The notes beneath the pieces are model-generated. The model ran no database searches. It had not been told where the DNA came from and saw only the letters and a list, made by a program, of their open reading frames with translations. A DNA stretch of 64,000 nt from Eledone cirrhosa. Lineage: Eukaryota. The translations under genes and the position numbers were made by a program. The stretch is from contig OZ024765.1 in NCBI GenBank assembly GCA_964016885.1, forward strand, positions 6,200,001 through 6,264,000. The letters are read 5' to 3'. Position 1 is the stretch's first letter. Each line of letters opens with the position of its first letter. Positions 26,811 through 41,422 of the stretch are shown here, piece after piece.

Positions 26811-27639
26811 CACACAGACAGTTTTTCTCTCAACTCATCTATCTATATATATATAGGAAGAGAGTCAGGACCCCGACAGCTGAGCTCAGCCGTCGGGGTC
26901 CTGACTCTTTTCCTATTACCCACTTTACTACCTGAAGTATCGAGTACTCTGGTGCGTTATGGTCCACCTGGTTTCTTACCCCACTTTCTTTGTTATATAT
27001 ATATATATATCATTGTTTTTATCTCCATTTCTCCACACTTGCATGGGTTGAACGGGTCCTTCTCAAAAGGACATCTCTCCACTCGTTGAGTTCCTTCATC
27101 TCCTCTATCCACAAACACTCACAGAAGAAATTAAAATGCCCATAATATTGATTATTTTTTCCTGATTTCTTCATTAACAATTTTCTAACGAATTGATTTC
27201 AGATTCAGCAACAAGAGTAATTAAAATCTTCAAATTTAGGAATAATTTGGATAGAAAGATTTATAATTGTCGACAATTAAAGTAGAAAGTTGTCTTAACC
27301 CTTTCATTACTAGATTTCACAGCCAGTTCCTAGCCTAACAGTTAAAACTTCTGAAAAAGACATTAAAAGATGGTTGGGGGTGCTTTCTTTCGGCTCAGAA
27401 TGTTGGAGAACTAGAATTTTTTTCCATATGCTGATGCATCATCTCTGTTCGATCCTTTAGGTCTCTCACAGAGATATTCCCTTGATAATGGGTTTTTAAA
27501 CCCGAAAATATTTGAGATTATTAAATTTGCTAAGGTAAGATTCTATTGTTATCTTGGCAATTTTAATTTTCTAGTGCATTGTAAGGTTTTCAAAATTATT
27601 TAAATTTGTGTTTCATATCAGACTCTTCCAAGTAACAAT

Positions 27640-27790
27640 TCAACCAATCTTGCTATATAGAAGTGAAACATGGACGCTTTCATCCAAACAACAAAAACAC
27701 CTTGATGACACTTACACTCGCCTGCTTCAACTCATTCAGAACATAAGCTAGCGAAATCTGCCTTTGAGAGAGATTTATGCTCACCTGTAC
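27640..27790 (+). mobile_element. Degenerate RTE-like LINE fragment
   Basis: Reads SETWTLSSKQQKHLDDTYTRLL with nearby stop codons. Confidence 0.55.
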
Positions 27791-28140
27791 ATATCCATAT
27801 ATATATGAATGTATGTATAGTATATTTGGCAATATACTGTATGTTTATTTTAAAACATTTTGAAGACCATTCGCTATGAGTTTTAAAGTAGTGACTACGT
27901 CACGTACTTAGTCTCGGCAGAGCAGTGATACTAATTTATATATATATATATATATATATATATCTATCTAAAGAATATCCAACCGATAAGGTATGATTTT
28001 CATGGGTATGTCTCTATTTATTTATAAAACAAACTTTGTATTTTATCTGAGGAAAGCATACCAATGTGCCTTGGTACCCTTGAAATATATATAATAAAAT
28101 AAATATGGTTTTATAAGTATAGTTTCCATTTATTTAATAT

Positions 28141-28250
<110 letters not shown>

Positions 28251-29209
28251 GACGTGGCAAAAAGCACCCAGCCCACACTATCAATATGGTTAGCGTTAGG
28301 AAGGGCATCCAGCCGTAGAAAACCAGCCAGAAACACCCCTATATGAGCGAGACACAGTCACCCAACACAACTTGCCTCAAAATTGGACCTGTCTAACCTA
28401 TGCCAGTGTGGAAGATGGATGTTAATTGGTGATGATGATTGATATATATATATATATATATACAATAATTTACTTCTTTCATTACAGTTATATATATATT
28501 TCGGTGATGGCCACTATTCAGCAGCCTATGACATCTTCAGTCAGTTAGAAGCAACACATAGAAAACATAAAAAACAAAGTTTTTCTTGGAGAAAAAATAA
28601 TATCAGAGAAAAGTAAAGTTTTTAACAGTTATTTTTTCTTTCTGATATTGTCAGTTATTAACAGTAATGAAAGAAGTAAATTATGAAATGTTGACTTATA
28701 GCTCTTGTTTATAAACTTACTCAGGAGTTAACAGAACCTTTTGTGCCCTTCATTGAATGCTCTACCCTGCATACTGACATGTTGGTGTTAAACTAACAGA
28801 TAATCTGATTTTATCATCATCATCACCATTTTACGTCCATTCTTCCATGCTAGCATGGGTTAGACATGTTGTGGGCAATGCTAAGTCGGGTCACCGTGCT
28901 TTGCTCATACGGGAACCGATTCTGGCTTGATTTCTACAGCTGGATGCCCTTCCTAACACCAACCTCATTTACAGTGAGTGCTGGGTGCTTTTTTGCCGTG
29001 GCACCTCCACGACCACTTTGCAGTGGAATGATAGGGACCCCAGTCCCTATCATCTCATTTCTACAGCTGAGTAAACTGGATCAATGTGAAATAAAGTGTC
29101 TTGCTCAAGGAAACAACACATCACCCGGTCTGAGAATTGAACTCACAACCTTTCGATTGCAAGGCCAATGCTCTAACCACTAAGCCATATGCCTCCATAC
29201 TAAGCCATG

Positions 29210-29367
<158 letters not shown>

Positions 29368-29809
29368 ATAATAATTTTGAAAACCATACGATACATTGTA
29401 TGGTTTTCAAAATTATTTAAATTTATATCTCCTATTCAACAATGCTTCAAGCAAACTACAGCACTCTATTATATATATATATATATATATATATATCAAT
29501 ATCTATATATTGATGACCCTGTGATAAACAGGTGAAACTCCAGAGTAATAAGACTCACTATTTAGCCTAATAAAATGAATATATATATTATAGATATAGG
29601 TTAAAGTCATGATAACTTCCCTAGTGCTACTGCCAAGATATAAAATACACTTGATAGAGTAGAATAGTAGAATATAGGGAATGTTTTCTAAGAGAGATGC
29701 TGGCTCTCAGCCCATCAGAGAGGTCAGTAACTCCGCTTCAGTACTGAGCTGTTGTGTGAGGACTTATCAAGCTTTCCTAATCTATAGATGTTCCCATTTC
29801 AGTTAAGCA

Positions 29810-30082
29810 AAGATCCCACCTGCCCCATCCACCCACATATATAGGCTCACCACCCAATCCCCAACACCCAGGCACCAAAGATCCCACCTGCCCCATCCAC
29901 CCACATATATAGGCTCACCACCCAATCCCCAACACCCAGGCACCCAAGATCCCACCTGCCCCATCCACCCACATATATAGGCTCACCACCCAATCCCCAA
30001 CACCCAGGCACCCAAGATCCCACCTGCCCCATCCACCCACATATATAGGCTCACCACCCAATCCCCAACACCCAGGCACCCA
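29810..30082. repeat. 68-bp tandem repeat x4
   Basis: AGATCCCACC at 29811, 29879, 29947, 30015. Confidence 0.93.
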
Positions 30083-30199
30083 CAATTTGGGTTCATTGTT
30101 CTGTGTAAATACTTGGAATAAACTAAACAAACAAACAAACAATACAACAGCTTGATCATCATATGTCAATATCTCTTTCTCTCTCCCTCTCTCTCCATA

Positions 30200-31520
30200 T
30201 ATATACATACACACACACACAGGCATATATTTAAATACATATATGTATGTATATACATATACACACACACAGGCATATATTTAAATAATACATATACACA
30301 CACACACAGGCATATATTTAAATAATACATATACACACACACACAGGCATATATTTAAATACATATATGTATGTATATACATACACACACAGGCATATAT
30401 TTAAATACATATATGTATGTATATACACATACATATACATACACACACACACACACACATGCATATATTTATATACATATGTAAATATATACATATACAT
30501 TATACACACACACACACATTTATATACATATACATTATACACACACACACGCATATTTATATACATGTATGTATATATATATATATACATTATACACACA
30601 CACGCACATATATGTATATACATATACATTATACACACACACACACATTTATATACATATATGTAAATATATACATATACATTATACACACACACGCACA
30701 TATTTATATACATATATGTATATATATATATATATATACATGATACACACACACACGCACATATTTATATACATATATGTATATATATACATTATACACA
30801 CACACGCACATATTTATATACATATATGTATATATATATATATATACATTATACACACACACGCACATATTTATATACATATATGTATGTATATATATAT
30901 ACATTATACACACACACACGCACATATTTATATACATATATGTACATATATACATTATACACACACACGCACATATTTATATACATATATATATATACAT
31001 GATACACACACACACGCACATATTTATATACATATATGTATATATATATATATATACATGATACACACACACACACGCACATATTTATATACATATATGT
31101 ATATATATACATTATACACACATGATAAACACACACACACGCACATATTTATATACATATATGTATATATATACATTATACACACACACGCACATATTTA
31201 TATACATATATGTATATATATATATATATATACATTATACACACACATGCACATATATGTATATACATATACATTATACACACACACACACATTTATATA
31301 CATATATGTAAATATATACATATACATTATACACACACACGCACATATTTATATACATATATGTATATATATATACATTATACACGCACATATTTATATA
31401 CATATATGTATGTATATATATATATATATATACATTATACACACACACACACATTTATATACATATATGTATATATATATATATATACATTATACACACA
31501 CACGCACATATTTATATACA

Positions 31521-31557
<37 letters not shown>

Positions 31558-31652
31558 TATACACACACACGCACTTATTTATATACATATATGTATATAT
31601 ATATATATATATATATACATTATACACACACACACGCACATATTTATATACA

Positions 31653-31689
<37 letters not shown>

Positions 31690-32583
31690 TATACACACAC
31701 ACGCACATATTTATATACATATATGTATATATATATATATATATATACACATTATACACATACACACGCACATATTTATATACATATATGTATATACATA
31801 TATGTATATATATATATATATATATAAAAAAATATATATAGAGAGAGAGAGAGAGAGAAATACATATATATATGTATGTAAAAGGTAAACAAATAACACA
31901 AATAACAATGTATATTTATCTGCACATATATATATACAATGATATATATATATATATATATACACATATATGTGTGTGTATGTATATATTTTCATATGCC
32001 AATCAATTACAGAGAACTAAAGAATTAATCATTATCTGCTGCTTTCAAACAATTCCTTCCCATCTCCCTTGTATCACTACCTACTACTACTACTACTTTT
32101 AAATAAACCTACTTCTATATATACATATATATATATGTACATGTGTGTATACATATACATGTGTGCATACATATACATATATATATATATACATATACAT
32201 ATACATATATATATATATATATATATACGTGTATACATATATATATACATATACATATATATACATGTGTGTATACATATATATATATATACATGTGTGA
32301 ATACATATACATATATATACATATGTGTGTATACATATATATATATATATACATATGTGTGTATACATATACATATATATATATACATGTGTGTATACAA
32401 ATACATATATATACATATGTGTGTATACATATACATATATATACGTGTGCATACATATACATACGTGTGTATACATACATATATATATATACATGTGTGT
32501 ATACATATACATATATATACGTGTGTATATATATACGTGTGTATACATATACATACATATATATGTGTATATATATACATGTT

Positions 32584-32627
<44 letters not shown>

Positions 32628-32700
32628 TGTCTATCTATCTATGTCTCTCTATATCTCTCTCTATAGAGAGAGAGAGATATACATATATATCTATATATTT
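30200..32700. repeat. TA/CA compound minisatellite field
   Basis: Direct inspection. Confidence 0.95.
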
Positions 32701-33149
32701 ATTATTAGTACAGATTAAAGTTTAAGCAAAGAATTTCTGCTTTCACCCTATTACAGAATCTTCTGAAGCTGAGAAAAATCAATCTGTAGAAGCAACAGCA
32801 AATGTTCAAAAAAAACATTGCCGGCCTATATTTTATGTTATGTTTTAATGTTTATAGGCATTTTTATGGACCACGTCCAATATTCGCAGTTTTTCACTTT
32901 TCGCGGGTACTCTAGAAATATAACCCCCCGCGAATACAGGGGGACAATTGTGTGTGTGTGTATATATATATATACACACACACACACATATATATATATT
33001 TTTTTTCTTTTCTATTTATATATATATATTATATTATATTTATATCATCATCATCATCATCATCAACGTTTAACGTCCGTGTTCCACGCTTGCATGGGTT
33101 TGGACGGGGGTAGTCCCACTTGAGGCAAGAGTGATTGTCTTGCTCGCAT

Positions 33150-33830
33150 AGGACTGTCTGGCAGGTTTTCTACAGTTGGATGCCCTTCCTAACACCAACC
33201 ACATTTACAGTGTGGGTCTGGGAGGTTTTTACCGTGTTGCCTACACGGCCACATTACAGCGTGGACTGTCTGGCGGGTTTTCTACAGTTGGATGCCCTTC
33301 CTAACACCAACCACATTTACAGTGTGGGTCTGGGAGGTTTTTACCGTGTTGCCTACACGGCCACATTACAGCGTGGACTGTCTGGCGGGTTTTCTACGGC
33401 TGGATGCCCTTCCTAACACCAACCACATTTACAGTGTGGGTCTGGGAGGTTTTTACCGTGTTGCCTACACGGCCACATTACAGCGTGGACTGTCTGGCGG
33501 GTTTTCTACGGCTGGATGCCCTTCCTAACACCAACCACATTTACAGTGTGGGTCTGGGAGGTTTTTACCGTGTTGCCTACACGGCCACATTACAGCGTGG
33601 ACTGTCTGGCGGGTTTTCTACGGCTGGATGCCCTTCCTAACACCAACCACATTTACAGTGTGGGTCTGGGAGGTTTTTACCGTGTTGCCTACACGGCCAC
33701 ATTACAGCGTGGACTGTCTGGCGGGTTTTCTACGGCTGGATGCCCTTCCTAACACCAACCACATTTACAGTGTGGGTCTGGGAGGTTTTTACCGTGTTGC
33801 CTACACGGCCACATTACAGCGTGGACTGTG
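33150..33830 (-). repeat. 112-bp tandem repeat x6 inside an RTE-tailed element
   Basis: Identical ORFs at 33292, 33404, 33516, 33628. Confidence 0.93.
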
Positions 33831-34559
33831 TGTTTTTTTGTCGTGACACCTACACGATCTCATTTGTTTCGGCCTCGATGGCGCGGCACCAACATAACTT
33901 TACATAGAAGGAGCTTCTACAGGACTAGTACTGTTTCATTCAGATGAAATCTTCAGGAAGCGCTTCCAGAAGAGCTTCCTGAAGATTTCATCTGAATGAA
34001 ACAGTACTAGTCCTGTAGAAGCTCCTTCTATAAAATAAAAAAATTTTACTCTGCCATGTATTGAGTACCTTACTTACTGTGGTTATCCCCGACTCAACCC
34101 GGGACCTACATATATATATATATATATATATATGAGTTCAAATCCTGCCGAGGTTAACTTTGCCTTTCATCCTTACGGGCTCGATAAAATAAAGTACCAG
34201 TAATGCACTGGGGTAATTGCTGGCCTTGTGCCAAAAGTAGAAACAATTATATTTATATATATATATATATATATATTGGAAAATATTAAAAGCTTGGTGT
34301 AATTATATACACACACACATATATTTTTTTTTTTCTATTTATATATATATATTATATTATATTTATATATATATATATATTTCGTTTCTGAATTTGTTTA
34401 GCAAGATTCTTTATCTGAAAACGTGTGTTATACTTTGGGAGGGTCATGTTGCCAATAAGAAACACATGCACCAGTTGATTTCACTTCAATTTATTATAAT
34501 AAATTTATAAATTTCCGGTTGGTTGGTTGGTTCCACAACCAGATGGTTGTTTATATATT

Positions 34560-34602
34560 GTCAAAGTTCTTTCGTCACACATTCTGTGACCTCTTCAGTG
34601 AC
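34560..34602 (-). ncRNA. Minimal type I hammerhead ribozyme motif (family A)
   Basis: GTCA-CTGAAGA-G-GTCACA-GAATG-TGTGAC-GAAA-GAAC-TT-TGAC: perfect 4-bp stem I and 6-bp stem II. Other copies at 34710-34752 (+), 37118-37160 (-), 42972-43015 (+, decayed). Confidence 0.75.
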
Positions 34603-35819
34603 TGGGGTTCTTTTCTTTGTTTTTTGTGCCTCTCCTTTGTTCTGTCCTACGCCATCTTGTTTTTGTGTGTGTGTTGGAGAGGCACAAAAAACAAAGAAAA
34701 GAACCCCCAGTCACTGAAGAGTTCACAGAATGTGTGACGAAAGAACTTTTACAATATATAAACAACCATCTGGTTGTGGAACCAAACAACCAATCGGAAA
34801 TTTATAAATTCCTAAATTTATAAATTTATTATAATACCAGGGGTACACTGTATTACTAAATCTCTCCAAATAACTGATTATTTTCAAAATATTTTCAAAA
34901 TTGAAAGCTACGGCCAATGCCTGACATTAGAAATATGGCAATGAAAGGGTTAAAACTTTCAAGATTTACACCAATTCTTGCTTGGAAATGTTTTTGCAGC
35001 TGGATCCTCTTCTCTAGCACCAAATATTCTGCTGGGAACTCAGCAAATAGTATGGCAGCTTTCCCCCTTCTTCTTCTTATTATTTTTTCATTTTGTCAGT
35101 GTAAATGTTTAGGCAGGGCTGTGTATGTAGACAGACACAGACTGCTGTATGGTGCTGCCAACATAAACACAGAAAGGATTTAAAAAAAACAATAAAATAA
35201 AGCCAAAGAAAGAAATATGCCTCTACCTAGTTAGTTGACCTACCAGAAATAGCAGTCAAATCTTTGACTAAAATTACACACCGCTGCTCACCTCCTACTC
35301 ATCATCACCACTTCATCATCATCATCATCCATATAACCCTTTAGCATTTAAACCAGCCAGAATTCTCTCACCTCTTTCTGTTCAAACTGGCTGTAACTGG
35401 CCGCTCATACTGATGTTAAGGTATTGTTCTCAAAATGAATAACATCAAAATCTCAGATTCGATATTATGTGAGGTAATTATATGAGGGTAAAGCCTTTAC
35501 TGTGAAAATACAATCGTATATATAAAGTAATGTAAATGTTATATGAAATATTGTGAGGTAAAGCCTTTACTACAAAAATATAATAGTAAATATAGAGGAA
35601 CATAAATGTTAAAGGGTTGACCCCCTTCCTTACCATATTTCTAACTTTCATCATAATCACTTTCCAGGGACTATGTTGAAAAATAAACCTCATTTGGTCA
35701 TTCCATGAGAGTATCTTGGTCAACCTTCTGGTGTCATTAAAATAAAGTACCAGTTAATGACTGGGAACATTGTAATCAACAGCCCCTCTCTCCCTAATAC
35801 TTCTGTCTAAAAGTGACTA

Positions 35820-36460
35820 CTACTTCGCCCCCTTATTCCTGAAGGGGGTCGTGGGGCGCAGAGTCCTCAAACACTCCTTCCAGCAGGTCCTGTCAGAAGC
35901 AACCATCTCCAAATGATCCAGCTGGATCCCCAGGCGAGACCAGTTAAGCTCATGGATGTTATGCAACCATCTTGCTTGGGGTCTACCCCTGGGTCCCCTG
36001 TCTGTTGGTTTCGCCCGTAAAATTATTTGTCCAGCAATTCTTTCCCCGAGACATTCTAACCACATGTCCATAGTATCACAGCTGTGGTCGCTCAATTCGG
36101 AGAAGTAGCAGCTCTAACTGGAGTGACTCTCTGATCTCCGAGCTACAAATATCTCCAGCAATTCTTTCCCCGAGACATTCTAACCACATGTCCATAGTAT
36201 CACAGCTGTGGTCGCTCAATTCGGAGAAGTAGCAGCTCTAACTGGAGTGACTCTCTGATCTCCGAGCTACAAATATCTCCAGCAATTCTTTCCCGAGACA
36301 TTCTAACCACATGTCCATAGTATCAGAGCTGTGATATCTCAATTCAGAGAAGTAGCAGCTCTACCTGGAGTGACTCCCTGATCGCCAAGCTACAAATATC
36401 TCTAGCAATTCTTTCCTGAGACATTCTAACCCCATAACTACAGTATCAGGGCTGTGATCT
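35820..36460 (-). mobile_element. RTE-like LINE 3' fragment with ~120-bp tandem duplication of its 5' part
   Basis: RGPRGRPQARWLHNI...ASDRTCW; the unit TCCAGCAATTCTTTCCC repeats about 3.5 times. Confidence 0.75.
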
Positions 36461-37654
36461 CACACTTCCTTATGTTTTTAAAATGTACTAAAATCTTACA
36501 ACTAGAATGATAAAAAAAGAATACGATGTACAAACTTTATACTTTTCACCTGACATATTTTAAGTCCATTTATTTCTAAATCCCTGCCCAAATTGAGGCA
36601 GGGATTTAACCCTTTATCATTTACATTTCTTTATATATACTATTGTATTTTTGTGGAAAAGGCTTTACCTCAAATAGTTATTACCTCACATAGTTACCTC
36701 ACATAATATCGAAGCTACGAGATTTTGATATTATTTACTTTGAGAACAAACCTTAACATCAGTATGTGTGGCTGGTTACAGCTGGTTTGAACAAAAAGAG
36801 GTGTAAGAATTCTGGCTGGATATGGCCGGTTTAAATGCTAAAGGGTTAAAACATTAATTATTTAGTCAAAACTAAGTGGATATCTCCATTTATAAACCTT
36901 TGTAAGGTGATCATGCTGGTGACATGACAAAAAGCACCTGATCCTATTTACTTTTATATATATATATATCATCATCGATTTTACGTCCACTTTTCCATGC
37001 TTGCATGGTTTGGACGGGTCCTTTATAAAAACACACACACCAGTTGGTTTTCACTTCAATTTATTATAAATTTCCAATTGGGTAGTTTACTAACCGGATG
37101 GTTATTATTTGTATATTGTGAAAGCTCTTTCGTCACACATTCTGTGACCTCCTCAGTGACTTCTTTGTTATTTTGTGTCTCTCCTTTTGTTCTGTCCTAC
37201 ACCATCTTATTTTTGTGACTGTGTGCTCACAGGTGTAGGTGTGTGTGTACATATATATATATAGGTGTGTATATTTATATACATATGTATATGATATATA
37301 TATATATATGCATGCTACAGTCCTTTTTATCTCTAAATAGTACGCACTCTCACACACACATGTACAATCTCTTACACATACACACACTCTATATAACATA
37401 GCGAGAGAAGAACAATCTACTGCCTGTTTTAGTTTCAGGTGTACACAATTTACAGATTATTTCACCTGTAAATGTCAGTACAAGAACAACAATATCAACA
37501 AACTGAAAGAGTGTGTGTATATATATATACAGTAATGTGACCATGTATATATATATACATATAATTGATGTAAAACAGTGGCGTTGTTTGGTTTACAGTA
37601 TGAGGCGTAACCATGGTGTGTGTGTGTGTTACAAACAAATAAACAGTAAAAAAA

Positions 37655-38040
37655 ATCTTCCAGATACACCAGATTCTTCGTTTTACTGTTTGTGTATAGT
37701 ATATGAAGATTTCTAGATGTTTCTATTCGTGAACAACCTACATATAACTCTCCATGGGTAAAAAGTGATTCTCTTGTATTCAATTCTACAACTCTGAAAC
37801 TCTGAGCCTGAGCTTTATGTATGGTCGTAGCAAAACTGGCTCTATCAGGAGACCGACGTCTTGAGAATTTGAAAGGCAGGTCGGTAGAGGAAGGGATTAG
37901 AGGAATCTTGGGAATAAATGCATTTTCTCCTTGATGATTGCCTCCAAGAATAGTGACCTCTAGCAGATGGTTCATCCTCCTGGCTGTAAAGTGTGGGCCA
38001 TTGCATAGAGGTAGTGGGTCCACGTTTCTCAAAACGATGG
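37655..38040 (-). mobile_element. Helitron PIF1-like helicase C-terminal fragment
   Basis: LCNG...FIPKIPLIPS..LPFKFSRR....SFATTIHKAQAQS....LFTHGELYVGCSR...TKNLVY. Confidence 0.9.
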
Positions 38041-39545
38041 TGGAAGTTCCAATCTTTTATATTATACATATATATATTAATAATATTAATAAATGGAAAA
38101 TATCTTTATAAAACCATATTTATTTTATTATACATATTTCAAGGGTACCAATATTTTAGTATGCTTTCGTCAGATAAAATACAATATTTGGTTTAAAGAT
38201 AGTGACATATCATCATCATTTTACGTCCGCTTTTTCCCTGCTTGCAAGGGTGGAACGGGAACTGATTCGGCTTGATTTCTACAGCTGGATGCCCTTCCTA
38301 ACACCAACCTCATTTACAGTGTGGGCTGGGTGCTTTTTTTGCCGTGGCACCTCCACGACCACTTTGCAGTGGAATGATAGGGACCCCAGTCCCTATCATC
38401 TCATTTCTACAGCTGAGTAAACTGGAGCAATGTGAAATAAAGTGTCTTGCTCAAGGAAACAACACATCACCCGGTCCAAGAATTGAACTCACAACCTTTC
38501 GATTGCAAGGCCATGTGCCTTCATATGAACTTTATGTTATAAGTTCATTAAAGATATCTTCAATGAACTTATAACTATCTTTAAACCAAATATTGTATTT
38601 TATCTGACGAAAGCGTACTAAAATATTGCTACCCTTGAAATATGTATAATAAAATAAATATGGTTTTATAAAGATATTTTCCATTTATTAATATTATTAA
38701 TTATACTCCGGAAAAATACCATTGAGCGCTTCTAATCTGTTATAAATTAAGTAAGCCAGCATCCGAATTGTGTGTTTAATTCTGTGTATCTGATTAAATA
38801 TTTATGTGAAGATGTGTGTGTATGTAACTTACTAATGCATAAGTATGTAAAAGACCCAACAGATGCAAGTATATAAAAATCCCAACAGATGTAAGCATGG
38901 AACAGATCTAACAGATGCAAGCCTGCAAAAGACCCAACAGATGTAACAAGTCTGTAAAGTCAGACATGAAATAATGACAACACTGAGTCATTAGAATTGT
39001 TGTAACATAGGACAACAGGTATTGTGCATATGTACATATAACTGTGATGACATAGTGCAGAGAAACAACTCTCTCTTTCTCTCTGTCCCTCTTCTCTCTC
39101 TCTCTCTGTCTATCTGTTTCTGTATCTATCCCTCTCTATCTATCTATCTGCCTCTCTCTCTTTCTCTGTCTGCTTGCATTTCTTCTCTTTTTCTGAGTCT
39201 GCTTCCTCTCTCTGTCTGTCTGTCTGCTTCCTCTCTCTCTCTCTCTCTCTAAATATCTGCCTCCATCTCTCTGCTTGCTTTTGGGTGTCTGTCTCTCTCT
39301 TTCTCTGTCTTTCCCCCTCACACTGTTTCTATGCCTGATTCTCTCTCTCTCTCTCTTTCCCTCTCTTTGTGTGTGCATGTCTCTCTCTCTCTCCCTCACA
39401 CACACACTGTTTCTCTCTCCTTCCCTCACACACACACTCTGTTTCTCCCCCCCTCTCTAAACATTCAGATATAAGTATACTGATGGATGTTTTCCAACAT
39501 GACTACATGACATTTTATATATATACCTATATATCTATATCTATG

Positions 39546-39583
<38 letters not shown>

Positions 39584-40064
39584 CTTGCATGCATATGTAA
39601 ATATGCATACATATATACACTAGCAGGGAAATTGGATGTTAAACAATAATGATGATATATATATATATATTTATATATATACATCATATATATATATATA
39701 TATACATATATATATAATATATATATGTAGGTGTCACGACAAAAACCTCCCAGTCCACACTGTAAATGTGGTTGGTGTTAGGAAGGGTATCCACCCGTAG
39801 AAAACCTGCCAGATATAGTCCTGTATGAGCAAGACATGGTCACCTGACTAATCTTGCCTCAAGTGGGACAATTCTCATCTAACCCATGCTAGCGTAGAAG
39901 ATAGACGTTAAACAATGATGATGATGATGATACATATATATATATATCATCATCATCATCATCATCATCGATTAACGTCTATCTTCCACGCTAGCATGGG
40001 TTAGACGGGTCCCATTTAGAGGCAAGTTAGGTCAAGTGACCATGTCTCACCCATATAGAGGGGT

Positions 40065-40460
40065 TTTGAGACTTGGACACTGACCAAGAAACTCACCCAG
40101 ATGGTGGATGGGTGCTACACGAGAATGCTGAGGATGGCTCTGAACATTAATCAGTATACACTGAGGATGAAAAACTCAGAGCTGTATGGGAACCTCCCAA
40201 AAGTCAGCTTGACAGTGACACAGAGGAGACTGAGGTTAGCTGGACATGCTCACCGACATCCAGAGTTGACATTGCACTCAGTGCTCCTGTGGGAGCCCCT
40301 ACATGGACACACTGGAAGAGGAAGACCGAGGTTAACCTATGTTGATGCCCTAAGGACAGACACTGGTCTGTTGGAGACACAGGACATGGCAGCGATGATG
40401 AGGGACAGAGACCGCTGGAGAGAACTCGTCCATGGATCTCGGGAATTTTACCCGCCCTAG
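40065..40460 (+). mobile_element. RTE-like LINE 3' fragment
   Basis: ETWTLTK..VDGCYTRMLRMALN...QRRLRLAGH...GRGRP; ends in (TAGA)n. Confidence 0.88.
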
Positions 40461-40737
40461 ATAGATAGATATATCATGATGATGATGATGATGATATATA
40501 TATATATACAGTTTACGACAGTCACTGCAGTTATTTCACATATATATAGTGTGTATATGAATCTATAAATTCACATACACATCAGATACGCACACACACA
40601 TTTTCTGTTTCCTATTAATTCTAGAAAGGTAAAGAATCAGAGGGGGAGGGAGGGAGAGAGTGACAGAGAGGGGGTTGAACAGATTGACAGAGAGAGATGG
40701 AGAGATTGACAGAGTGTGATATATATATATATATAGA

Positions 40738-40775
<38 letters not shown>

Positions 40776-41124
40776 GAGAGAGAAAAAGAGAGAAAGAGAG
40801 GAGAGAAAGAGAGAAAAAGAGAGAGATATAGAAAGAGAGAGAGAGAGAGTGAGTGAGTGTGAGTGAGTGAGTGAGAGTGAGTGAGTGAGAGTGAGTGAGT
40901 GAGAGTGAGAGTGAGTGAGATTGACAGAGTGTAACATACAGAGAAAGAGAGAGATGTGTGTGATTTACTACAGGGTAAATCAATAGATATAAGGACTCAA
41001 TACACTGGTGAGGTAGATAAGATATACAAGGCCTGTCTAAAAATATCTGACTTTATCTTTAGCTTTTCCTTGTGGGAAGTAATGACATTAGGGAGTGAAA
41101 ATAAAATATGCAGAGTGGAGCCAT

Positions 41125-41422
41125 ATACGAGGGTCAACCTTAAAGTTGAGAGGTTGACTAAGGTGTGATGCTAGAGCTGTGAAATCTTGCAGGCATTAAT
41201 TTCAACACTTCTTATTAATAACTGTATTGTTTCTTTCCAGGGATTATGTTGAAAAATAAACCACATTTGGTCATTCCATGAGAGTATCATGGTCAGCCTG
41301 TGAAGGTGTGATGCTAGAGCTGTAAAATCTTGCATGCATTAATTTCAACACTTCTTATTAATAACTGTATTGTTTCTTTCCAGGGACTATGTTGACAAAT
41401 AAATCTCATTTGGTCATTCCAT
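41125..41422. mobile_element. Mariner-like end with internal tandem duplication
   Basis: TA-CGAGGGTC..AAAGTT start; ~140-bp segment duplicated; homolog at 35660-35725. Confidence 0.5.
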
